A stretch of 64,000 nt of DNA from Anolis carolinensis (Eukaryota). How positions within the stretch are numbered: position 1 is the stretch's first letter; every line of letters begins with the position of its first letter. The stretch is from the NCBI RefSeq assembly GCF_035594765.1, contig NC_085847.1, positions 8,742,001-8,806,000 of the forward strand, read 5' to 3'. Below, in pieces: positions 37,539 through 47,400 of the stretch. The translations under genes were made by a program, and so were the position numbers. The notes beneath the pieces are model-generated. The model searched no databases and was not told the origin of the DNA. It saw nothing but the letters and a program-made list of their open reading frames with translations.

Positions 37539-39481
37539 CTTTATTTTTATACCCCGCCCCATCTCCCCAAAGGGACTCGGGGCGGCTTACATGGGGCCTT
37601 GCCCGATAAAACAATCAAATATCAAAACACAGCAATAAAACAGTTATCCAATAAAAACATCAATTACAGTAAAAAACAATCGTTAAAACCTGAGGGATTC
37701 CAGATACAGAAAAGATCAAGTGATCCCCAGCCGCAGATCCACCCACATCCTGTTCCTGATTTATTCATTTTTTCATGTCAGGAGCAACTTGAGAAACTGC
37801 AAGTCGCTTCTGGTGTGAGAGAATTGGCTGTCTGCAAGGATGTTGCCCGGATGTTTTTACCATCCTTCTCTCATGTCCCCGCATGGAGCTGGAGCTGACA
37901 GAGGGAGCTCATCTGCGCTCTCTCCAGATTTGAACCAGCACCCTTCAGGTCAGCAACCCAACCTTCAAATCAGCAGTCCTGACGGCACAAGGGTTTAACC
38001 TACTGCACCACTGGGAGCTCCTGTTCCTGATGCCGAAGCATGAGCAAACTAGGAGCAACTGAGCCAAAAGGACGGTTTAGCAAATAGATCCTAGGAACAA
38101 AAGAAAAATTCCCCCAAGGATTATCCTACTGTTTAAACCAGGCATGGGCAAACTTTGGCCCTCTGGGTGTTTTGGACTTCACCTCCCACCATTCCTAACA
38201 GCCTCAGGACCTTTCCTTTTCCTCCTCCGCCGTTTGAACCATGCTGAACCTTGTCTCGAGCTATAAGGAGAGTCAGGTAACAAATAAAATGTATATTATT
38301 GTTGTTGTTGTTGTTGTTCCTAGGGAGTCCTGAAACCAAACCATGGCCAAGAATGCAAACCCTTTTTGTCGACACATATGCCACGGCGGCACCCATTTCG
38401 TAAGCACATACAAAGTGCATATTATTATTATTAATAGCATATTATTACAGTATTATTTATTATTATCATTATTATTTATTATAGCATATTATTACAGTAT
38501 TATTTATTATCATATTATTACTATTATTATTATTATTATTGTATGACACAGTAAACAAGATTGACATGCTGGATTTCGTATCACAAAATCACAAGTCGAA
38601 CACTTCCTAAGCCAGGGGTCCCCAAACTTTTTAAGCAGAGGGCCGGTACACAATCCTTCAGACTGTTGAGGGGCCGAATTATCATTTGGAAAAAAAAATA
38701 CAAACAAATTCCTATGCACACTGCACATGTCTTATTTGTAGTGCAACAACAACAACAACGAAAGAACAATACAATATTTAAAAATGAAAACAATTTTAAC
38801 TAACATAAACCTATTAGGATTTCAATGGAAAGTGTGGGCCTGCTACTGGCCAATGAGATAGTCAAGTTAATTAGGATTGTTGTTGTTGTTGTTGTGTGCC
38901 TTTAAGTCATGTCAGACTTTGGCCGAGCCCAAGTCTAAAATTAATTATTTATTTACTACATTTATATCCCACCCTTCTCACCCCGAAGGGGACTCAGAGC
39001 AGCTATATGTACATACTCTATATTATATTATTAGCATAGCACAATATTAGCATTATATATTACTATATTGAACTATACCGCTATACTATTATATAATATG
39101 TAATATATAACATATAATTAATATTATTATATGGTATTACTATTAGTATTATATTGTATAAAATAAGATTATTATCAATATATACAATATATTATATTAT
39201 TAAACTGATATAAAAACATTATATTATAAAACTGAGGGCGGGGGCCAGGTAAATGACCTTGGAGGGCCGCATCCGGCCCCCGGGCCTTAGTTTGGGGACC
39301 CCTGTCCTAAGCGTTTAGGACTGTGTGATGTATTTTCGGATGATGTGCGCAGATCCCAGTCGGGTGGCCTTTTGCAGTTGGCAGATTGTAATTTTGTCAA
39401 TGTCTATTGTTTCCAAATGGCGGCTGAGATCTTTTGGCACAGCACCCAGTGTGCCCATCACCACTGGGACCACTTGCATTA

Positions 39482-39525
<44 letters not shown>

Positions 39526-39729
39526 CGTGTCAGGAGCAAACTGAGTCGCTGACCGGAAGGCTGCCAGGTTTGAATCCCACCCGGGGAGAGCGCGGATGAG
39601 CTCCCTCTCTCAGCTCCAGCTCCATGTGGGGACATGAGAGAAGCCTCCCACAAGGATGGTAAAACATCAAAAACATCTGAGTGTCCCCTGGGCAACATCC
39701 TCGCAGACGGCCAATTCTCTCACAACAGA

Positions 39730-39761
<32 letters not shown>

Positions 39762-40409
39762 GAAAATGCTAAATCCAAGTGTCTCAGCCGGCTTCCAAGC
39801 ATTGCCTTGTGATCCTGGATCACCAACTGCGTGACAGGTGTCACTCCTAACCTGTGACCTGTGTCTCCAAAATCACTCACCTGCGGGGGAATCACATAAT
39901 CGGCAACATCCCAAACCCGGAGGCCCAGCTCCGAAGTGTTGGTCACAGCAACACCCTTGACTTTTGTGGTCACGGAACTCACCACCGAGTCCTTTTCTTG
40001 GTAGCCCTTTTCCCAAACAAAGACCCAACTGCAAGAGAGAGAAAGTTGTGAGAGTTGAAGTCCACCACACCTGGCGGGCTGAGGTTTGCCCATGCATGTC
40101 CCCCCAAGCCTAGGCAACCTCTGTTCAAAAACTCCATCATCTCCCTCCCCAACCCCATTCTATGGGGAAGGCACCATCAAAACCTTCCCAGCAGATGGCC
40201 CCGCAGCCATCCGAGACCCGCCCAGGCTCCCTTGCGGCTAGCCCTCCAAGAGCCGCCCAGGCCAAGGCTCACCCGATGACATAGGCCAGGATGGCCAGCT
40301 GGACCAGGCGGTTCATGAGGCCGACTTTGCGGCTCCGGATCAAGACGATGCGCGGGGTGTCGTACTCGAAGAGGAAGCCGTAGAGCAGGGCGCAGCAGGG
40401 CCCAGCCAT
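30953..40409 (-). CDS. P2RX4: P2X purinoceptor 4, whole CDS: join(40273-40409,39881-40028,37047-37118,36727-36799,36335-36437,33884-33964,33553-33694,32440-32576,31998-32091,31583-31648,31388-31483,30953-31012), ~402 aa
   Basis: [85 protein letters not shown]. Canonical 12-exon P2X4 structure with consistent phases. Confidence 0.95.
31388..31483 (-). CDS. P2RX4: P2RX4 exon 11
   Basis: [32 protein letters not shown]. Confidence 0.93.
31583..31648 (-). CDS. P2RX4: P2RX4 exon 10 (TM2)
   Basis: [22 protein letters not shown]. Confidence 0.95.
31998..32091 (-). CDS. P2RX4: P2RX4 exon 9
   Basis: [31 protein letters not shown]. Confidence 0.95.
32440..32576 (-). CDS. P2RX4: P2RX4 exon 8
   Basis: [46 protein letters not shown]. 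Confidence 0.95.
33553..33694 (-). CDS. P2RX4: P2RX4 exon 7
   Basis: [47 protein letters not shown]. Confidence 0.95.
33884..33964 (-). CDS. P2RX4: P2RX4 exon 6
   Basis: [27 protein letters not shown]. Confidence 0.95.
34089..34550 (+). mobile_element. Rearranged Penelope-like element (inverted pLTR fragment + pLTR + ORF start + pLTR)
   Basis: Flanked by the 13-bp direct repeat cacatgttctttg (34076-34088, 34551-34563); pLTR similar to 40721-40810; ORF-like [17 protein letters not shown] / [15 protein letters not shown]. Confidence 0.75.
35418..36160 (+). mobile_element. Sauria-type SINE interrupted by an AT-rich insert with an L2/CR1-like tail
   Basis: tRNA-like head at 35418, insert 35610-35887 ending ...gagtccccttcggggtgagaagggcgg...(AAAT)n, SINE resumes to cctttaccttt. 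Confidence 0.7.
36335..36437 (-). CDS. P2RX4: P2RX4 exon 5
   Basis: [33 protein letters not shown]. Confidence 0.95.
36727..36799 (-). CDS. P2RX4: P2RX4 exon 4
   Basis: [25 protein letters not shown]. Confidence 0.93.
37047..37118 (-). CDS. P2RX4: P2RX4 exon 3
   Basis: [24 protein letters not shown]. Confidence 0.95.
37761..38019 (-). mobile_element. Anolis-type tRNA SINE (Vingi-related tail); a partial second copy lies at 39527-39730 (+)
   Basis: TSD cctgttcctgat at 37749-37760 and 38020-38031; tRNA-like head. Confidence 0.8.
38540..39478 (-). mobile_element. R4/Dong-like LINE 3' fragment in (TAA)n, split by a hAT insertion
   Basis: Encodes [13 protein letters not shown]...[21 protein letters not shown] (restriction-like endonuclease C-terminus); (TTA)n on both sides. 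Confidence 0.75.
38613..39304. mobile_element. Non-autonomous hAT transposon, 692 bp
   Basis: Perfect 16-bp TIRs CAGGGGTCCCCAAACT / AGTTTGGGGACCCCTG and a perfect 8-bp TSD tcctaagc (38605-38612, 39305-39312). Confidence 0.92.
39881..40028 (-). CDS. P2RX4: P2RX4 exon 2
   Basis: [49 protein letters not shown]. Confidence 0.95.
40273..40409 (-). CDS. P2RX4: P2RX4 exon 1
   Basis: [46 protein letters not shown]; strong Kozak GCCATGG; CpG-rich surroundings. Confidence 0.95.
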
Positions 40410-40806
40410 GGCTCCCACTAGGCAGAGTCCGGCCCCGGCGCTCCCGCTGCTCAGCCCCTCCCGCCTCGGCTCCCGCATGTTGCAAGAAGGCGCGGCGTCA
40501 GCAGGCCCAGGAGGGACAAAAGGTTCCCAACAAGCCCAGGAACCTTGCTCCAAAGGGCCGGCCTTGGCCAGTCCCTCCCTCCCTCCAAGGCAAGGTCCCA
40601 ACAAAGCGGGAGGGAGGAGGGAGGGACCCGGCACTCCTTTGGCAGCCGGTTAAAGGGGAAGAGCCCCCGGGCCATCTGTCGGGAGGGCTTGCCTTGGGCT
40701 CCAGATGGAGAACTTTTCAAGAAGTTGTCCAAGGCTTTCATGGCCGGAATCACTGGGTTGCTGTGAGTTTTCCGGGCTGTCTGGCCACGTTCCAGAAGCA
40801 TTCTCT

Positions 40807-40847
40807 CCTGACATTTCGCCTGCATCTATGGCAGGCATCCTCAGAGG
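40807..40847 (-). ncRNA. Minimal type I hammerhead ribozyme motif (Penelope-associated)
   Basis: Minus strand reads CCU-CUGAGGA-U-GCCUGC-CAUAGAU-GCAGGC-GAAA-UGUC-AGG: core boxes, 6-bp stem II, GUC cleavage triplet, 3-bp stem I. Confidence 0.7.
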
Positions 40848-40941
40848 TTGGGAGGTCTGTTGGAAACTAGGCAAGTGCGGGTTTATATATCTCCAGGGTG
40901 GGAGAAAGAACTCTGGTCTGGTTGAGACAACTGCGAATGTT

Positions 40942-41580
40942 GCAATTGGTCACCTTGATTAGCATTGAATAGCCTTGCAGTTTCAAAGCCTGGCCGCTTC
41001 CTGCCCTGGGGGAATCCTTTGTTAGAAGGTGTTCGCTGGCCCTAATTGTTTCCTGTCTGGAATTCCCGTCTTACAATTGGCCACCTTGATTAACATTGAA
41101 TAGCTTTGCAGCTTCAAAGCCTGGCCACTTCCTGCCTGGGGGAATCCTTTGTTAGGAGTTAGCTGGCCCTGATTGTTTCCTGTCTGGAATTGCCGTCTTG
41201 CAATTGGCCACCTTGATTAGCATTGAATAGCTTTGCAGCTTCAAAGCCTGGCCACTTCCTGCCTGGGGGAATCCTTTGTTAGGAGTTAGCTGGCCCTGAT
41301 TCTTTCCTGTCAGGGATTCCCGGTTTGCAATTGGCCACCTTGATTAGCATTGAATAGCCTTGCAGTTTCAAAGCCTGGCTGCTTCCTGCCTGGGGGATCC
41401 TTTGTTAGGTGGTGTTCGCTGGCCCTGATTGTTTCTTGTTAGGAATTCCCAACTTGCAATTGGCCACCTTGATTAGCATTGAATGGCCTTGCAGCTTTAA
41501 AGCCTGGCTGCTTCCTGCCTGGGGAAATCCTTTGCTAGGTGGTGTTAGCTGGCCCTAATTGTTTCCTGTTTGGAACTCCC
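40942..41580. repeat. Tandem repeat, 5 units of 125-131 bp
   Basis: Units start at 40942, 41073, 41200, 41327 and 41456 (caattggccaccttgattagcattgaatagc...). Confidence 0.92.
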
Positions 41581-42361
41581 CTGTTTTTTGAGTGTTGTTC
41601 TTTATTTCCTGTCCTGATTTTATAGTTTTTTTTAATACTGGGAGCCATATTTTGTTTATTTCCATGGTTTCCTCCTTAATAATCATAATAATCATCATCA
41701 TCATCATCATCATCTTATAACCAGGGCCATAGCCAGAAATTTTGGGGGGACAAAGCCCAGAGAACAAGAAATTCAACATACAAAAATTAAAACACAATAC
41801 AAGATTAAAACCCATAACTGAACAAAATAGTTAAAAAACACTAACCAAAAACCAAAACACGATTGTCATAAAATGCATCACAAAACATCATTTGAAATTG
41901 TCCACATGCTTGTGGAAAGTCTTGTCGGGACGCCACTCCCATCATCCCCAGTTTGCATAACCAGTGCTGAGTGATTACGACAGTTGTGATCAACACTGAG
42001 AAGCTCAAAAAAGGGTAGAATACATACGTTTTAAAATGTAGACATGTGGAAATTTATTGTTTAAACAGTATATTTTTACATGGAATGTTTATTATAAGAA
42101 GACATCAGTACTATCCAATACAAAATGATGCCAGTAGTATCCTGCAATATATAATGCTGTAAATCAGTGCAGTCATTTTAGCATCAGCTTGCAATTCGCC
42201 ATATGTTTAGGTGCTTCTGGCAAAAGAATAGTTCAGAGAAATGATGTGACTAAGTCATTAATATATACAGGTTGCTTGGTTAGTTAAAAAAATTAACGTA
42301 ACAGGTAGCTTGGTTAGTGCATGTGTGTATATATAATATGTTTGTGTGTCACATACATATA

Positions 42362-42681
42362 CAGTAGAGTCTCACTTATCCAAGCTAAACGGGCCGGCAG
42401 AAGCTTGGATAAGCGAATATCTTGGATAATGAGGAATTAAGGAAAAGCCTATTAAACATCAAATTAGGTTATGATTTTAAAAATTAAGCACCAAAACATC
42501 ATGTTATACAACAAATTTGACTGAAAAAGTAGTTCAATACGCAGTAATGTTATGTTGTAATTACTGTATTTATGAATTTAGCACCAAAATATCACGATGT
42601 TTTGAAAACATTGACTATAAAAATGGCTTGGATTATCCAGAGGCTTGGATAAGCAAGGCTTGGATTAGTGAGACTCTACTG
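42362..42681. mobile_element. Tc1/mariner-type MITE, copy 3 (opposite orientation to copies 1-2)
   Basis: Same TIRs, TA flanks. Confidence 0.9.
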
Positions 42682-43940
42682 TATATATATATACACACAC
42701 AGTAGCTTGCTCTTTACTATACCAGCCTCCAAAATTAAGCAATATGAAGCCCAGGATCAGCTTTATGTGCTTTGTATGTGCCTCCAAGTCAACAGTGACT
42801 TCTTCTGGTGACCCTATCATCAAAGGGTTTTCTTGGCAAGGTTTATTCACAAGGGGTTTGTCACCATTGGCTTTGTTTGAGGCGGAGAGTGTGGAACCTG
42901 CCTAAGTGGCGAGTCAAACTCTGATCTCTTAGCTCAATACTTCAAAACAGCGGTTGTGTTGTTTAGTTTTTATCTTTTACCCGTCTGAAGAAATCAGCTT
43001 ATCACAGTCATGTTACTGAAAGATAAACTCATCCAAACCGCTTAGGAACAAGAGATGCAAAGGCATAGATGCCTCCCCAGCGAAAGCTGCCATGTGGATC
43101 AGAAAAGCACTCCTCCTTTCTCATACACAACACAAGGAATTACTTTGTTCCTGACTAGGAAAGAACAGTAGCTGGCAAGCAAGCATGCAAAGAATCAGGT
43201 CCGATTCCAGCATTCACTGACATGAAAAGAAAATATAAAGAAAGCATTCTAGATGAACCTTAACGGAAGCCACACACACTATGATACAGATCGACATTTT
43301 GAGACGTGTCAGCTTCATAATGTGTTTATGCCCTCGGCTAGAACATAGGCGAATACTGTCAGGGATGCTGTTTTTTTTCCATACATTTATTACAACATTT
43401 ATATCCCACCCTTCTCACCCCCGAGGGGGGGCTCATTTATTTATTACAACATAGTGGACATGTAAGAAGATGAACAATTATTGGTCTAAGATTTATACAT
43501 TAATTCTAAAAAAATGAAAGGCCACGTTTGTAAAGTCACCAGAAATGTTTTTTTCTCGAGTACTAGGGGTTGGGATGGATAATAAACACGGACGGCTCCT
43601 TCAATGTGGGACAACAGGGACAAGAATGCTATTGGCTCCAATATGGAAACAGACAGATTGGGAACAGAAGAACCGATTGTCAAAGTTGCAGAACTTGCCT
43701 AAGTGAAGTAAAGGAGAAACCAACTGGAGACTCTTTGAAAGACTGGAAACGGTGTACAGATTTCTTTAGCAATAAGACAACCAACTCTCCAGGCAACCAG
43801 TTGGCTATTGTGTGAATGAAATGCTGGACAAGAGTGAAGGAGTTGGGTGTTCCTTGTGCCCTTAAGCTCTCATGGCAAGCCCAAGGCTCCCCGTGGAACC
43901 TGCTTTATTCCCATATGGGCTAAGACCACACTCCAGAGTT

Positions 43941-44435
43941 TCAGTGAAGAGTTTTTCGCTGGCTCCTAAAGCCCGTGTACTCGCCCTTCTCACTAGGAAA
44001 AGCATCTCTGATCTTCCATCTGCAGCAGCTTGGCAGAACAGCTCTTTCTTCCAGCTCCTCCCCAAAGCGCCAGTGAATGTACTGCTCGTAGGCACAGTGC
44101 CGGAGCCGCTTGTTGAGATCATCGGCCTTCAGATCCAACAAAGGGTCAGCGTAGAGGAGGATAAACTCCAGCCTCGGCCTGGAAAGCACCAGCTGATCGA
44201 ACAATGCTGAGCCCGCGATGCAGTCCCCATCCTTCCTTCGGCAGCAGAGCTGCTCCCAATAGCGCTCCGTGGGGCGGCATTCCCTACAGCTGCACCAAGG
44301 AGGACGCTCACGGGACGGGGAGGCCACCCGCTCGTTTTGAAGGGGCTGCAGCTCATGGGGGGCTCCAGGAGACCTTGCTTCCTTCGGGGGTTTCAAGAGG
44401 AGTTTGGGGCCCAGTTTAAAGTTGCCTGTTTGCCT
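43941..44435 (-). CDS. P2RX7: P2RX7 exon 13 (ballast domain)
   Basis: RQTGNFKL...[11 protein letters not shown]...[13 protein letters not shown]...[16 protein letters not shown]...[31 protein letters not shown]. Confidence 0.95.
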   Translation of the reverse strand, partial: RQTGNFKLGPKLLLKPPKEARSPGAPHELQPLQNERVASPSRERPPWCSCRECRPTERYWEQLCCRRKDGDCIAGSALFDQLVLSRPRLEFILLYADPLLDLKADDLNKRLRHCAYEQYIHWRFGEELEERAVLPSCCRWKIRDAFPSEKGEYTGFRSQRKTLH

Positions 44436-47400
44436 CTGCAGTCAAGAGACAACACATATGCATCATCTAATGATCAGGTCATTTTTGTTTGGTGTTGTGT
44501 GTGACTCGGGAGACCATCCTCCCACAAAGAAAGTACTATGGTGAACGCTGGGCTGCCCTGGTTAGTGGGGTTCATTTGGATTTAAATTTAAAATGGACCA
44601 AGTATGGAAAACGCCCTTCACTTGTATAAGATTGTCTCTCTGATGGACTGTAACAAAGCAGTGGTCTCATCATTTGTCCTGCCAGATATTCTGGAATCCA
44701 ACCCGCTAAAGAAATAGCCAGCATGGCCAATGGCCAGGGATTCCGGGAGTTGAAGTCCTTTTTACCTTTGTCAACTTGATATAGACATGGGGTCTATTCC
44801 CATCCCAATTTGCACTTCCAAGAATTTGCAGCACTTTATCAGTCACCTCGTGTTTACAATACAGTAGAGTCTCACTTATCCAACATAAACGGGCCGGCAG
44901 AACGTTGGATAAGTGAATATGTTGGATAAAAAGGAGAGATTATGGAGAAGCCTATTAAACATAAAATTAGGTTATGATTTTACAAATTAAGCCAAAACAT
45001 CATGTTATACAACAAATTTGACAGAAAAATTAGTTCAATATGCAGTAATGCTACGTAGTAATGACTGTATTTACGAATTTAGCACCAAAATACCACGATG
45101 TATTGAAAACATTGACTACAAAAATGAATTGGATAATCCAGAACGTTGGATAAGCGAATGTTGGATAAGTGAGACTCTACTATATTTGGGGTTTTTTTTC
45201 AGCCTGTTCCTGGGGTTCTTTGGGGTGTTGATTCAGAAAATTACACTGGATAGACCACATCAGCTCTAGTTTCTTTGATATGTTAGCATGGCTTACTATC
45301 GATGAACAGATGGCAACTTGTATACAGCATGCATTCTGTATCTCAAAAACTAGAGCTGTTAGAGGGATGGGATACTGGTATCATTTTTTGAAACAGCAGG
45401 TCAAATATACCCAGAAATAGGTCTAACATTTGAGGCACCAAAATGTGTGTTGGCCGGTGTTATATTTGTTGACAAATGTTTGTGTATCCATACAGAGAAA
45501 TGCCTATATACCTATGTATGTGAATATGTATATGTATGTATACACACATGAAAGATGCTCACTCGCATGAATGTTACAAACACACTCTTGATCTTGACCA
45601 AATGGCCGAGAAGTGATAACTCACATGAACAATCTTGCCTTTAATATTCTGTAGGCTTGTCTTCAGCAATTTGTCGATCATAAAGATGTGCGGCTCATCG
45701 ACATACGTCACATACAACACAGTCTGTTCATTAAAAGAAAAACAAAGACATTTTTGTATTGAGCCTGGAGGAATATTTGAATTTCACATAGAAAGTAAGG
45801 GCAAGCAGACACCCTGCAAGAGTCACTCTAAGGCAGAACAGAACTGTTCAAAACCATGGCACAATAAGAAATAAACAAGGAGTTGTTCTGAAGTGATGGC
45901 AAGAGATCCAAACATAACATTGATGAAGTAAGGAAGAAAAGAAATCTTCCCACATGTTTACACTCTCTTCTCTGCAGTGAGGTGAACTCTGCAGCTACAG
46001 CCATGAACAGTGTCAGGCTATTACTATGAACTGTATCTCTTACCCATCTTGGTCCCGGCACTGATTCACACTTTTTCTTGTAATAATACTCCTTCACTGG
46101 GTCATATTTGCAGCAGGAGTATGAGTAGGATGTGATAAGAAAATCAACAGTTAGCTGAGCCTGTGAAAAGGGGGAAGAGGTTATATTATTGTTAGTATTA
46201 CTAATTTAAAAACAAATATAGTGATCCTTTCCAAAAGAAACAACATTCCAAGATTATATTTTCTCAAAGAAGCCAATTTTCTAAGCATTAATTCTTTCCC
46301 ACCATGAGACAGAAAACGGTTTCTTACCAGGCCAAAGTAGGACAGTGCCGAACCAATGTACACCAGCAGCTCAAAGAAATCAAATTGCCCTGCCTTTGGG
46401 AAAAGGAAAAAAAAGAACAAAAGAGATTATTATTTTGTAAATAAGAGAAGAGAGGAATTGCTTCTCAGTGCTTTTCCTGGGAGAGGATCTGGTTTCCTTG
46501 CAGAAATGTGCAAAAAAATGTGCAATAAGGCTATTGAGTCATTGAACATCCAAAGTGCGTGCAATAAAGTAGAAAGAGATTTTCAGTTAAAAAGGTATCA
46601 GTCTAATAATAATTTGAAATGTCAAGTGAACATGTCAGTCATGACTATGCATGGCAATTCATTGCCAGGGCCCTACTTTGGAAGACCCCCTCCCCCTCGT
46701 GCCTGTTTCCTTTTTTAAAACAGCATTAACACAGTCACTAAGGTGTCATTTGGCCCTAAAAGCCCTGTCTCACCACATATCAAAATGTAGAGGGAGAACA
46801 AGGAAAACGAGGATAGTATTTACCATGCCAAATACAAGGATGTCGAAGCGTATGCCATAGGCTTTGATCAGGGTCCTCTCTTCCCTCCCGCTGGCCTGCT
46901 TGTAATACCGAGCATATCTAGAATGACCAAACAAAGTTTGAAAAAGGGTTATATTCGGGTGGAAGAAATGAGGAGGAATTTCTGAAGCTCCCAAGTAACT
47001 GGAAAATCTTTTTCTGCCCATGAGCTTCGAAAAACAGAGTGAAATATTTTGTGCCTTTTAGTGGACTCAATAAAGGATTCAGAATTGAGGGGTGCAATTT
47101 TTTTTTAGGCAACATTTCACTGTACTTGCACCTTGACCTCCTCTGCAATTATTTACACTCACTTTGCTGAGGCATGTTTTACTAGCAAAGACTCAGGTTC
47201 TGCTGACACCCAGGACCAACCCTGTTGTTCAAAGCTGGCAAAAGGTCCCCACTGAGTGACATTCTCCATAAATAATGCTGAATTTCAAAAGTAATGTCAG
47301 CATGTGGGTTTTTCCAAAGGAAATATGAACTAAAAATAATTTTCAGCCCCTCCTATCCAAATTCCACCGATCTCATGAACAATCCATATTCAGGAAGTGA

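Larger units (their letters stand above)
40721..41678 (-). mobile_element. Penelope-like retroelement 3' portion (ORF end + pseudo-LTR)
   Basis: KEETMEINKIWLPVLK at the ORF end (recalled as the PLE GIY-YIG C-terminus), pLTR with hammerhead core, terminal ...gccatgaaagcctt. Confidence 0.8.

Noticed and set aside
40942-41580. CRISPR-like or retrozyme array
   Set aside because: Eukaryotic DNA; the units are contiguous with no unique spacers and have no CUGANGA/GAAA hammerhead core.
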